In this document: piece after piece, positions 8,542-18,895 of the stretch
Layout: every line of letters begins with the position of its first letter
Position numbering within the stretch: position 1 is the stretch's first letter
Virus record (IMG/VR): IMGVR_UViG_3300009079_000101
Location: 1-27,018 of that record
DNA: 27,018 nucleotides
Origin: a virus
Taxonomy: Duplodnaviria > Caudoviricetes
Strand: one strand, 5' to 3'
Notes under the pieces: model-generated
What the model was told of the DNA's origin: nothing
Databases searched by the model: none
What the model saw: only the letters and a program-made list of their open reading frames with translations
Translations under genes and position numbers: made by a program

Positions 8542-8915
8542 GCAAACTATCAACTTTTATTAAGTCTTTTGGCTCTGCACTAGCATCCTCTATGGAAGAT
8601 GCAGATTCATTAGCAGTAACGCGTATTTCTACTCCACAGGTTGAGAAAGTAGACAATTATTTGGGCAGTATGACGATCAAAAAAGGTCATACCTTATTCA
8701 AGATTGAAACAAGCGATGAACCTGCTGATGGATTTATATATCATTCTCCGACTTGTACCTTCATTAAGATAGAAAAGCATAAGCGTGAATTGAATGACAT
8801 TGGAAATATCATTGCTGAATTAAAACAAGGTCATTTGTATGTATCAGCCTTGAATGAGAAGAATGCGTTGAAATGGTATGCGAAGAACTTTTCTTCGTTA
8901 GCCTGGAAATCTTGA
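8538..8915 (+). CDS. Hypothetical protein (125 aa)
   Basis: Last gene of the plus-strand cassette; overlaps the convergent minor head gene by 18 nt. Confidence 0.6.
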   Translation: MSKLSTFIKSFGSALASSMEDADSLAVTRISTPQVEKVDNYLGSMTIKKGHTLFKIETSDEPADGFIYHSPTCTFIKIEKHKRELNDIGNIIAELKQGHLYVSALNEKNALKWYAKNFSSLAWKS

Positions 8916-9806
8916 ACGAATATCTAACGGAACAAATCTTGCATCAGTGGGTGTCAATTGATGCCCACAATTATATCCCCCACGATACACAAAGAAATTA
9001 GTGGCTGTTGTTCCATCGACCATCCCTTTCGGTAATCCTGTTTTTGGATTCATATTATCCGTCTTTTTAAATGGCTCAAAATCGCCTCGAACAATAGCAG
9101 GAAGTTCACTTTTATGAACATATCTTTTGGCAACTAATGCCTCACAAAATGCTCGTGAGGTGCGCAATAAACTGCCTGTATAAATAAACCATTTGTAGTT
9201 TAAACTATCCGCAATAGTATAGGTATATTGTGCGCTGAATTGATTTAAACTATCATTTGTGATTTGCGTGGTGTAGCGTTGCAATGCGCCTAATCCCTTT
9301 TCATTATTCAAGATATAATCCTGCACCATCTTATTCAAATCGCGCCAACTTCCCCCTGCTGTGATATTCGTGCGTAGCATTTCAGTCACTGGTTCAATCA
9401 CATTTGCATTGATTCCTGCCTCCGTTAAACTATTCGCTGTTGCTTCGATAGATTGGTTGCGTATCTCGGTTAGGATGGCTTCAGGTTTAAACGACTTATT
9501 CATCGATTTAAAGTACTGATTCTGCAAAGATGCTACATCAGTAAACTTATTCAAGAACTCGGCTACATTCGCCTCTAATTGCTTATTAAGGACTATATTG
9601 GATATCTCCTGCTTGATTTGTCCCATCAATCGCAGATTCTTTACGTTATTGACAATGTTTCCTTGATTGTCAATATCCAAATCTTTGATCAATACGGACA
9701 TCCGCATGGCTATGTTTTCCTGAATGCCTGGAATGGAAGCATTGAACTTGTCAACGCTCCCATCAATCAATTCATGCAGTTGTTTAATGTAGTCCTCTTG
9801 GCTCAT
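8898..9806 (-). CDS. Minor head / head morphogenesis protein (SPP1 gp7 / Mu F-like, 302 aa)
   Basis: Immediately downstream of the portal; YTGS...SRAFC and RGGYNCGH motifs. Confidence 0.7.
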   Translation of the reverse strand: MSQEDYIKQLHELIDGSVDKFNASIPGIQENIAMRMSVLIKDLDIDNQGNIVNNVKNLRLMGQIKQEISNIVLNKQLEANVAEFLNKFTDVASLQNQYFKSMNKSFKPEAILTEIRNQSIEATANSLTEAGINANVIEPVTEMLRTNITAGGSWRDLNKMVQDYILNNEKGLGALQRYTTQITNDSLNQFSAQYTYTIADSLNYKWFIYTGSLLRTSRAFCEALVAKRYVHKSELPAIVRGDFEPFKKTDNMNPKTGLPKGMVDGTTATNFFVYRGGYNCGHQLTPTDARFVPLDIRSRFPG

Positions 9807-9807
9807 A

Positions 9808-11655
9808 TTATGCTAATGGTAGTGGAGATGGATTTTGCATTGGTTCTTCAGTTTCTTCAGGGATAGCAGGCATATACTTTTTAGGATCGATAGTATAACT
9901 GCTTTGTGCTAATGTTACTTGTGCAAATTTAGCCATTATTTTCTTTTGCTCTGCTAATGGTAAATCAGTGAATTCTTCATTCTCGGCAATCGCACTTTTA
10001 ACAAACTGCACCAAGTTACACCAAATAACAAAGTCCAATTTATCAATACCGCCATTTTGCAATCCTGCATTGATTTCATCTATGCTCTTGCCTGGAAATG
10101 GATCTAAGTTCATAGTACAAACCAATTCATCTGCAACCTCATCATCACTGCTGAAATACTTACGTGCGATATCCAATTCCATTTGAGTGATAATAGTTGC
10201 ATTGATTTTAGAATCACGCGCAATCTTCAATTCTTCAAAGGATGATTTAGTGCTTAACAAATCGTACTTTTCAGGAACTGCAATATCAGGACACAATTCT
10301 TCACGCATCATAGGATCAGGCACTGCTTGGAAGTAACGATAATCGGCAATAAATCCGTAGATTTTATCTAAAATAGCAACAATATCTTCCGCAATTGCGT
10401 GAACGAAGTTATTTAATTCATCCTTATCAATTTCCTTTGCTACTCCTGACTGATTCAATGGTGCTTCGGCAAGGAATTCCATATTGATGGCGGATAGGGC
10501 ATAATAGGCTTGTTCTTTGATAATCTCGTTAAGCGTTTGTGTCATTTGTGCCACATCCGTTTTTTGGATATATCCTGCAGGAGGGCCTGAAGGTAATGGG
10601 GCTTCACCTGCGTTTTGGTTAGTAGGTGTAACAATCACCAAATTCTCATAAGGTGAAGTCATTACTTTCTGCTTACCATTACACGTAGGACATATCACAG
10701 TCCCTGTTGCGCCATTCCCGATGATGCTACCTGTACCATTACAATGTGTACAATCTTGTGTAGCCAAAATCCAACGCGTTGAATGTACGTGCTGAACAAT
10801 CTCGGCTTTGAAATCACTCCATAAGGTAGCAAATTCATTTAAGCGTGGAACGATGGAAGATATGCGACTTTCAAATATGAAATGCGTATCTAAAGCCTGA
10901 CGGAAAATACCTTGAAATTGGAACACAGGCAACTTATTCAAGTTATGGATGTATTCTAAGTCCAATACTAATACTACCTTCTTTTCTGCCTCGCTGTATG
11001 CTTCCTTGTAACGCAAAATGCGTGTTTTATCAAAGATATAGAACACCTTGCCTTGCTTGGTGATGCTATTCATTTGATAAGGAATCGTATCTTGCGATTC
11101 TACAATAGCATATTCATCAATGCAAAAATCAATTACGTGGTTTGAATTGAAGATTAATGGATATGGCTTTAATAATTCAGTAGGTGCCACGTTTGTGTTC
11201 AATGGCATAACTGCTACCAATCCGTTAGGATCAATCAAATAGTTTTTCAATCCTACATTAAACATCCAATTGGTGATGCTTGTAAAGAATGGGAAATGTT
11301 CCTCGCAGTAATCGTACATTGATTCACCCACTGGGATAGTTCCGATTGTTTTTTCAACCTCGTTTTCATACTTCACGGACCAATCAGGACTTCTGCGAAT
11401 CTTATATAGCGATGAAATAATCTTATTTACTATCGGCTTTGTATGTGGCTGATAGGTTTTTTTACGATATTCCTTTATCTCTCGGCTTTCGCTTGGACGC
11501 AATTCATCAATCAATTCTTTAGGATATTCTCCATTTGCGTGGATGCGTAGTGAACGATAGATCTCATTCGCTATCACATAGGCAGGATGCTTTTGGTGAT
11601 GCGAATAATAATTAGCCAATAATTCGATTGGATCAGAAGAAGGAAGAAGTGCCAT
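9808..11655 (-). CDS. Portal protein (615 aa) with a DnaJ-type zinc finger insertion
   Basis: Size, HNL..LP motif, QSGVAKEID motif (SGxA typical of SPP1-like portals), position before the minor head gene, and CTHCNGTG...CPTCNG. Confidence 0.75.
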   Translation of the reverse strand: MALLPSSDPIELLANYYSHHQKHPAYVIANEIYRSLRIHANGEYPKELIDELRPSESREIKEYRKKTYQPHTKPIVNKIISSLYKIRRSPDWSVKYENEVEKTIGTIPVGESMYDYCEEHFPFFTSITNWMFNVGLKNYLIDPNGLVAVMPLNTNVAPTELLKPYPLIFNSNHVIDFCIDEYAIVESQDTIPYQMNSITKQGKVFYIFDKTRILRYKEAYSEAEKKVVLVLDLEYIHNLNKLPVFQFQGIFRQALDTHFIFESRISSIVPRLNEFATLWSDFKAEIVQHVHSTRWILATQDCTHCNGTGSIIGNGATGTVICPTCNGKQKVMTSPYENLVIVTPTNQNAGEAPLPSGPPAGYIQKTDVAQMTQTLNEIIKEQAYYALSAINMEFLAEAPLNQSGVAKEIDKDELNNFVHAIAEDIVAILDKIYGFIADYRYFQAVPDPMMREELCPDIAVPEKYDLLSTKSSFEELKIARDSKINATIITQMELDIARKYFSSDDEVADELVCTMNLDPFPGKSIDEINAGLQNGGIDKLDFVIWCNLVQFVKSAIAENEEFTDLPLAEQKKIMAKFAQVTLAQSSYTIDPKKYMPAIPEETEEPMQNPSPLPLA

Positions 11656-11657
11656 TT

Positions 11658-12542
11658 TTATTCTTTGGTACGTTCAGTTAGATAAGTGCGTTTGTCGGTG
11701 AAGTTCGTTATTTGGAATGGGATTGATTGCAACCCTAATTCGTTAAACGCTCTTTTGACTACTGCATTGTATTGCTTCTTTGAGGATTCGTCAACATACG
11801 CTCCTCCGATTGATAAAGTAAGATAAAGTTCGGCTATTTGATGCAAATGTAGGTCTTTTTTTTCTCGTGGGTACCAAAAAGTAGGCACATAGTTGTCTAT
11901 GCTTGGGTAAAATTGTAAGATGCTCATTGCCACTGCATACGCATATTCATCAGGATAAGCACCTGCAAATTCTTTTGGTTTAACTTTCGGCTTAGTATAT
12001 ACTTCACGTATCTTTTCAAAAAGTGTACGTATATTATCCGTACGTTTAAAGAATATGAACTCCGAGTGAATCTTGTAGAATCGCTCATCGGTAAATTCAT
12101 AAGCAGTACGTACATCCTGCATATCTGACCAATTTTCAGCCTGTGGGAAGATGATATTATCGAATCGAACATAACCACTATTTTCAATCACATATTCGTG
12201 CTGTCCTAATTCTTCGAATATTTGTGAAGGTGTCTTTTCCCAAAGCCACACCTGGTCCACATCCAAAAACAATGTCTCCTCGTATGGTGTTAATTGATCA
12301 AGATGAGCCTTTGTTTTGATGTAGGCTTTGTTGTTCTTGCCTAATGTATGCATCTTTTTGTTGACCTCAACGAAATGATTGAAAAGTGCCTTTTCTTCCT
12401 CGCTGATATGGGTAACTGCGCTATCAGTATATGCCAAGCAGATATTAATGTCCTTGTCAACTAAACGGATGGATGAAGCCAAATTGACTGCCATCCTTCC
12501 GTAATTTCTATGTCCACAAGCGATTAGTAAGATACCTTTCAT
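11658..12542 (-). CDS. GT-A fold glycosyltransferase (294 aa)
   Basis: N-terminal strand GILLIA then Y..MAVNLA.SI helix; K...L..LTPYEETLFLDVD with a DxD motif; later PDE motif, as in GT8-like nucleotide-sugar transferases. Confidence 0.7.
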   Translation of the reverse strand: MKGILLIACGHRNYGRMAVNLASSIRLVDKDINICLAYTDSAVTHISEEEKALFNHFVEVNKKMHTLGKNNKAYIKTKAHLDQLTPYEETLFLDVDQVWLWEKTPSQIFEELGQHEYVIENSGYVRFDNIIFPQAENWSDMQDVRTAYEFTDERFYKIHSEFIFFKRTDNIRTLFEKIREVYTKPKVKPKEFAGAYPDEYAYAVAMSILQFYPSIDNYVPTFWYPREKKDLHLHQIAELYLTLSIGGAYVDESSKKQYNAVVKRAFNELGLQSIPFQITNFTDKRTYLTERTKE

Positions 12543-12551
12543 AGTGTAAAT

Positions 12552-14165
12552 TTAGCAATTTGTATTGACACTACACGTATTAATTGTCTTGTTTACCTTC
12601 ACCGTTCCTTTGGCTAATGGATATGGCTTTGTTTTGCTTTCCCAATTGATAGTGTAGTTGTTTTGCGCTGTTATTTGGTCATTTATCCCCATATTACCTA
12701 ACGCTATCACTGTATCGTGTGCTAATGCTATCTTCAATGCTTTGTGCGTTCTTGCTTCTAACCAATCCGTTGTCAATGTCCATTCTTCCTGAATACGCTC
12801 GGATAGTTTAACCCACGTGCCATCTGACTTTTGATAGCCTGTACTTGTGGATGGATATTGCACATCTCTAAAGTACATCGGTAGGCGAATGCTTTGGATA
12901 TAGTTAGCATCCTGCGAATAATAGAAGCATAATTCGTCATTGTTTGAACGGAAGCGTAAAACAGTAGTATAGCATTCATCATTGATCAATTCAAAGCATC
13001 CATCCATACACCCTAAAATAGTATCAACCCATTCACCGCCACCCCCTTCTGCAGGGTCGCGTTTGCATAGGCATATTTTGAAACAATCGCCTATTACGTG
13101 ATTCCCTTGAATGTAATTCCATAATCCACTCCAATCAATATAATCATTCACATAAATTTCAGTGCCTGGAACAGGAATCCACGTATCTAATTTAGCAACA
13201 TGACCTCCAAAATCAGGTGCAGTTGCAATTTCAGTAGGTATTGTACAATCATCACATGGAGCAAGGTATAATTGTGTTCCATGATTAATACCATCCCCCA
13301 AAATTGGTGTAGGGAAATTACCATATTGTCCACCGATTGAAACATCCACATACATTTGGAATTGCACATCATCCATTTCTAATACAGGCAAACAAGCAGT
13401 TTTATCATAGGCACAAGTAGGTGTTATCTGCCCTTGCCCGAATGTTACAAATGAATGCTCGCTTACGTTAATAGTTGGTAAATCATAACTATTACTTCCA
13501 AACAAAGCATACATATCCGCATATCCAACTAAATTAAGCGAAGGGCAATAATATCTTGCACGATAATGCTTTCCTTTATTTGCTTCACTAATTGGAATCG
13601 TAATGCTTACCGAAGCAGTATAACCTCCTGGAGATGATTGCGTATTGGCAGGGCATACCACGCTGTTTAAATTCGTCCATACGCCATTAACTTCTTCCCA
13701 TACGCTGATACTTGTTTCATAAGGTAGTAACAAATCACCATCAAACTGCAAAGTACACGTACAATCAGTTGGACTTGTACCTGTTTGTGTTAGATTTACA
13801 CGAGGAATCGCATAATAATTCTTAACCGTACTACCTGCAACGCAACTTGCATCCAAATAACAGCCATACGCGTGGCATTTAGGTACTGCATAGGCTCCAT
13901 ACGGATAGATTGAATCCGTTTCCCAATCCTTTTGTTGCCAAATGGCATTCCCTGCTCCACCCCAATGCGTAGTTTGTGTCACAGGTCCACCAACGGTGAT
14001 TGTACCTGTATGTCCTGTGTTTACACAAGAAATAGTGTTTGCCGTACCATCAACGGAAGCATATTGAACGGTGTATTCTTTATCGGATGAAGTGGAACAC
14101 GATGCTCCACCTGGCACTCCGAATCCAAATATTGCTCTTGATTTACGTTGTAATATGAATGTCAT
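12552..14165 (-). CDS. Cys-rich minor tail / tail-tip protein (537 aa)
   Basis: Second gene after the tape measure; beta-rich, T/G/C-rich. Confidence 0.55.
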   Translation of the reverse strand: MTFILQRKSRAIFGFGVPGGASCSTSSDKEYTVQYASVDGTANTISCVNTGHTGTITVGGPVTQTTHWGGAGNAIWQQKDWETDSIYPYGAYAVPKCHAYGCYLDASCVAGSTVKNYYAIPRVNLTQTGTSPTDCTCTLQFDGDLLLPYETSISVWEEVNGVWTNLNSVVCPANTQSSPGGYTASVSITIPISEANKGKHYRARYYCPSLNLVGYADMYALFGSNSYDLPTINVSEHSFVTFGQGQITPTCAYDKTACLPVLEMDDVQFQMYVDVSIGGQYGNFPTPILGDGINHGTQLYLAPCDDCTIPTEIATAPDFGGHVAKLDTWIPVPGTEIYVNDYIDWSGLWNYIQGNHVIGDCFKICLCKRDPAEGGGGEWVDTILGCMDGCFELINDECYTTVLRFRSNNDELCFYYSQDANYIQSIRLPMYFRDVQYPSTSTGYQKSDGTWVKLSERIQEEWTLTTDWLEARTHKALKIALAHDTVIALGNMGINDQITAQNNYTINWESKTKPYPLAKGTVKVNKTINTCSVNTNC

Positions 14166-14168
14166 CGT

Positions 14169-16535
14169 TTAAAAATTTGCGGATAATAGTGTAAAGTTAG
14201 CAATTCCCTGATTTGGTTTATACTCAATATTGAGAATATACCCATTTTGATATGTAATTCCATCGGAACTATATTTCACGTAGCCATAAGGTGATAATTT
14301 GATGGTATTATAGTCAGCCATTGACATCGGATAGTCGAATTGGATTTGTTCAGGCTTCCATAATGGAACAGCAATATTAGGATCCGTCAACATTGCACTT
14401 TCCAACGCATCATTCTCAATCAATACCTGCCCATCCGTTGAACACGCTTGGGTATATTGCCCACCTGCAAAATAGTTACCTGTTCCATTGGCGAATATTA
14501 ACTTGCTTGTCAATGGATTCTTCAACCCTGCAAACCACGTTTTTAACCATCGCGTTGCATTACGAATTGGACTAATCGCAAAATTGTATACTGTGTTAGG
14601 ATCAACAATATTCACATCACCTGATATTTGCCCTTGCTCCACCACAATATCCCCTGAATAACGCTTCATGCAGATAACAAATATGTCATTGTCTAATCTC
14701 CAATCACTCGTTGTTAAATGCCCTTTTCTACGTGTTACTTCCAACGCATACCCTGAAGCAATGAAGTTACACACTCGGCTGTCTTTGTTGCGCGTTTGGC
14801 TCCATTCCGTGCGATATTCACGTTTGGAAAGGAATTCATCAATACCTGTAATGTCCTCACTCTCATATTTGGCATATCCTCCTTCAATCTCACTATACAT
14901 TCGGGTAGGCAATACCGACCTTGTAATGTTGAACACATTACCGCAAGTCATTATTGGCGTAGTTGAATCATAGAAATGCGCAACAGGTTCAATGCGGATA
15001 ATTTTCTCGCGACCACCTCCGTAATTATCATCCTCCAAACCTATCCCGATATTGTGGATGCAGTTAAACCCTGTAAACAAATCTTTGAATGAGATATTCA
15101 ATTTAGGCGTATTGCCTGATACCAATTGCTCGCGGATTAGTAAGCCTGTGGTGATGCTTTCTAAACTACCACAGCCATCGGTTAACGCTTGATAAGGTTG
15201 GCTATCCGTTCTTCCAAAATAATCCGAATAAACGCTCATTTTGTTATCCGTGATTGCTTCGGTTGTACGCGCAAATGATTCGTTCACTAAAAACGTGTCC
15301 GTGTTCGTTGTCGGCTTGTAAAGAATGGAATTGATGTTGAAGTAACTATCAGATGACTTTTTGAACGATTGTGACCAATAAATATCCTCTTTATTAAATA
15401 ATTGACGATGGTATTCGCCTTGTTGCCTTACCTTTAAATAAACAGCCACCACATCGCCATTGCTCAATGTAGCAGTGGTTGTATATGATTCATCAATAGG
15501 TATATTAGCAATTGTAGGGTTGTTTTCATCAAATGTATTCAATGTTGGTGTAGGTCCACCTCCATATGTAGGATGACATTCCATTGAAAAACCTGATGAT
15601 GTTGTTGGACTTTGATAAGCAATAGATAAATTTTGCGTAGTAGTGCTTAAATAATAACTTCCTATAATTGTTTCGACATAATTTACAGCAAATATTACAT
15701 CTACCCACATATCCAAAAATCCATTTTCTAATGAACCTGGACTGCCTCCTAAAATTGTTGCTTCCGTTTGCGCTCCACCTAATACAATACCTTTAACACG
15801 AAAGTCAATATCATATTGCCCATCATCTTCTATGATCATTGTGGACATACTGCCACTACTAAAATCCCACATATCCACTGCCTGCCAATTCTTTACTTCA
15901 TCATTTTGCGCGTTCTCGTAATCTAAATCCCAATACATTGTCACATCTTTCGTTTCTAATCCACTACCTGCGCTAATGTCATTCTTACGATAGACACAAC
16001 CTTGTGCTATGTAAAAATCATTTTCCATATAGCGTAATGTGCGCTTATATAGTCCTTTTGATGGCAGATAAATGTTTTTTGGAAGGTTGGTATAGGTTGT
16101 GAGTGCTGTGCCATCTAACGAAGTTGTAGTGGCTAAATCCACAGCAGTATCAATACGATTGCGGAAAGTTGTAACCACATCTTGTTGCTCCGTGCGTATA
16201 GACACACTGCACAAATCGCTGATTGTTTCCTTATAGGTATCGAAAATTAACTTGCCTGTATAGAACGTATCGTAGTTGTCATCATCGCAGGAAGCCTGGA
16301 CCACTATATTCACATTCGCCTCCACTCCATAACCATTATACGCATCACGCAAGATGCTCATACCTTCTTTGTAGAATGTCAGTTCATTGCCTGTGAATTC
16401 AAAGAATATCCCATGCATTTCTTCATCCCTGCGAATGTTTAACGAGATATTCTCCCATCCTTGTGGTTCGGTTACTTCCGTTTCCACTCCTGCAGGATCG
16501 TAGGTAAAATCTATTAATTTGAACTTCCAATTCAT
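14169..16535 (-). CDS. Tail tip / baseplate hub-like protein (788 aa)
   Basis: Directly after the tape measure; beta-rich with a probable central insertion. Confidence 0.6.
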   Translation of the reverse strand: MNWKFKLIDFTYDPAGVETEVTEPQGWENISLNIRRDEEMHGIFFEFTGNELTFYKEGMSILRDAYNGYGVEANVNIVVQASCDDDNYDTFYTGKLIFDTYKETISDLCSVSIRTEQQDVVTTFRNRIDTAVDLATTTSLDGTALTTYTNLPKNIYLPSKGLYKRTLRYMENDFYIAQGCVYRKNDISAGSGLETKDVTMYWDLDYENAQNDEVKNWQAVDMWDFSSGSMSTMIIEDDGQYDIDFRVKGIVLGGAQTEATILGGSPGSLENGFLDMWVDVIFAVNYVETIIGSYYLSTTTQNLSIAYQSPTTSSGFSMECHPTYGGGPTPTLNTFDENNPTIANIPIDESYTTTATLSNGDVVAVYLKVRQQGEYHRQLFNKEDIYWSQSFKKSSDSYFNINSILYKPTTNTDTFLVNESFARTTEAITDNKMSVYSDYFGRTDSQPYQALTDGCGSLESITTGLLIREQLVSGNTPKLNISFKDLFTGFNCIHNIGIGLEDDNYGGGREKIIRIEPVAHFYDSTTPIMTCGNVFNITRSVLPTRMYSEIEGGYAKYESEDITGIDEFLSKREYRTEWSQTRNKDSRVCNFIASGYALEVTRRKGHLTTSDWRLDNDIFVICMKRYSGDIVVEQGQISGDVNIVDPNTVYNFAISPIRNATRWLKTWFAGLKNPLTSKLIFANGTGNYFAGGQYTQACSTDGQVLIENDALESAMLTDPNIAVPLWKPEQIQFDYPMSMADYNTIKLSPYGYVKYSSDGITYQNGYILNIEYKPNQGIANFTLLSANF

Positions 16536-16537
16536 TG

Positions 16538-18895
16538 TTATAGTTTATATCGGTTATCAATCACTCTGCGCTCACTGATGCCATTGAGGATGCGCGTTTC
16601 AAATCCTTTCTCATCAATGTTAACGCTTACCTTTTGGCTATTCTTTAATTCCTCTCCCAAAGTACGCGCTAATTTCTTGTAATCAATATCCAACTTGGCA
16701 GATATATTTTGCTTGGTAACCGCATTCATATTACGCAAGTTCATCGCAGGGATGTTGGTCTTCAACAAAGCCTCCGTTAAATTGTTAGGTAGGATGATGC
16801 TATCTGCATTCACGTGGTCTAAGGTTGCACGATTATACATCTTCATACTTCCATCGCTATCTAATCGTAATTCGCGACCTGCTTCTCCAATGATTGCCAT
16901 TCCTTCATAGCCATCTAAGTTCTTACCTTTGGCGAACTTTGGTACCGGCTGAGAATCTATCACACGCACTTGGGTAGCAGTAGCAATAATGGACGCGGCA
17001 GTTAAAATACCTGCTAATACAGGATTTGCACCTGTTTCTGCCCATATTTTAGTAATGGCTAATGCTCCATTAATGATGGCTTGTTTTTTCTTTGCGTCTT
17101 GTTCTACTTCCCACGCTTTCTTCTTTTGTTCAGCCTCTAACTTATCATATTTAGCCTGAATTGCTTGTTTTTGTGCTTCGGATAAATTCTTATTGGCTAA
17201 TTCGTTTTCTTTTCTTTTTTCTAACGCATCAATATTTGCTTGAAGTTCAGCATCACGTTTATTTTGTGCAATTTGGAATTCCCCATTTGCAATTTCTTGG
17301 GCAGATGCAATGGCTTCATTTTTTAATGCTTGCCTAAGTGCTTTGGCTTCATCCAATTTCTTTTGTTCTGCATCGGTTACTGATTTAATCCACGCAGAAT
17401 ATTGTTGAGAATAAGCATCTAAATATTGTTTATCAATCGCACTTTTTTCCTTGTTTGCTTTAATCCTTAATTCTTTTGCTTTGTTTTCGTAATCTTGTGC
17501 ATTCTTATTTTGATTAGATAATTGTAACAAATCATAAGCATATTGTGCGTCTACTATTTCTTTTCTCAAATCACGCGCTTCTATGCTATCTTGATTCATT
17601 TTGGCTAATGCCTCTTGCCTTATAACTATTTCTTTTTGATAACTTGCATCAATATCATTGATTCTTTGTTCGTTATCGCGTTCTAATTGTTTCTTGTCTT
17701 TATCACTTTCCTTCTTTTTAATATCCGCTCTTACACCTTCAATTTCAACCAACTTTTTATTATAATCTTCACTTCCTTTTTCCAAGATGCTTAATTCATC
17801 ACGCATCAATTGTAACTTCAATTGATTTACATCTCTGCCTTGTTTTTCGGCTAATTCAATTGCCAATCTACGCGTTTCAATTCCTGCTTTTATTTGTAAT
17901 TCTTTGTCTTTTTCTGCATATCCTTTATTATATGCTTCAGCAATATTACCACCGAATGCTTTTGCATCATTTGCTAATGCTGTAAAATCACCTGTAAAAA
18001 TATCGCTTAATATCTTACCTAATCCTTTAAACCCTGCAACAACTGCATCAATTGCACCTGATGCAATTTGTCTAAAATTGGTGAAGAATTTTGTAACCAT
18101 TTCAAGTTGTGGGAATGATTTAGTTAACCACCCAACAAATTCCTTCCAATTAGCAACTAATGCTCCAACTGCTAATACGATCAATCCAATACCTGTACTT
18201 GCTAATGCAACACGGAATATCTTTAACGCTCCTGTGCTTTCTCCAACAACAAATGAATATGCTTTAGTCGCTGATGTATTTAATACAACCGCGAGTGTGC
18301 TATCTTTTAATAAAGATTCGTGGATTTGTTGGATTCCATTAGCAATTGCCATTGCCGCGTTTACCTTTAACAACGCTTTTTCTACTTCCTTATTCTCCTT
18401 TCCAAATAATGCTGATGCACCCTGCGCAACGGAATAAGCAGATGCCATTGCTCCAACTGCCTGGCTTACCGCCTTGATATATTTTGAATCATCCCCTAAA
18501 ACACGAATACGATTGGATGTATCACCAATTTGATCGCTTAAATGACCTGCTCGTTCTGCCATTCGATTGAATTCTGCAGTGTTTGCTTTTCCTGCATCCT
18601 CCATCTCTTGCAACTTATTCTTCAAATCGCGCAATTCAGCCTTCATTGATTGCTGTTTGCTAACGTTCTCCGTTATTGCCTGGCTGTTTTCCTTGATGGA
18701 TGTAGTTGCCTCATCAAATCCTTGCGATATGACATTCATCGGCATATTCTTTGCCGACTGACTTAATTTATCAATAGAGGAAGATGCTTCATTCGCCCCT
18801 GTTGATAATTGCTCTAATCCTGAAGATTTTAATTGCCCTAATTTATCCTGCAACGGACTTAAATCGGCATCAAATTGTATCGTAACCTTCTCCAT
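16538..18895 (-). CDS. Tail tape measure protein (785 aa)
   Basis: Ala/Lys/Glu-rich helical protein with hydrophobic segments (ALASTGIGLIVLAVGALVA) and C-terminal PKFAKG...IGEAGRE; preceded by a frameshifting chaperone. Confidence 0.85.
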   Translation of the reverse strand: MEKVTIQFDADLSPLQDKLGQLKSSGLEQLSTGANEASSSIDKLSQSAKNMPMNVISQGFDEATTSIKENSQAITENVSKQQSMKAELRDLKNKLQEMEDAGKANTAEFNRMAERAGHLSDQIGDTSNRIRVLGDDSKYIKAVSQAVGAMASAYSVAQGASALFGKENKEVEKALLKVNAAMAIANGIQQIHESLLKDSTLAVVLNTSATKAYSFVVGESTGALKIFRVALASTGIGLIVLAVGALVANWKEFVGWLTKSFPQLEMVTKFFTNFRQIASGAIDAVVAGFKGLGKILSDIFTGDFTALANDAKAFGGNIAEAYNKGYAEKDKELQIKAGIETRRLAIELAEKQGRDVNQLKLQLMRDELSILEKGSEDYNKKLVEIEGVRADIKKKESDKDKKQLERDNEQRINDIDASYQKEIVIRQEALAKMNQDSIEARDLRKEIVDAQYAYDLLQLSNQNKNAQDYENKAKELRIKANKEKSAIDKQYLDAYSQQYSAWIKSVTDAEQKKLDEAKALRQALKNEAIASAQEIANGEFQIAQNKRDAELQANIDALEKRKENELANKNLSEAQKQAIQAKYDKLEAEQKKKAWEVEQDAKKKQAIINGALAITKIWAETGANPVLAGILTAASIIATATQVRVIDSQPVPKFAKGKNLDGYEGMAIIGEAGRELRLDSDGSMKMYNRATLDHVNADSIILPNNLTEALLKTNIPAMNLRNMNAVTKQNISAKLDIDYKKLARTLGEELKNSQKVSVNIDEKGFETRILNGISERRVIDNRYKL

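Noticed and set aside
17904-18437. 177 aa plus-strand ORF and other antisense or nested ORFs (e.g. 476-670, 1171-1413, 1668-2138, 24204-24479)
   Set aside because: Shadow frames of well-supported genes, with no recognisable motifs or expression signals.
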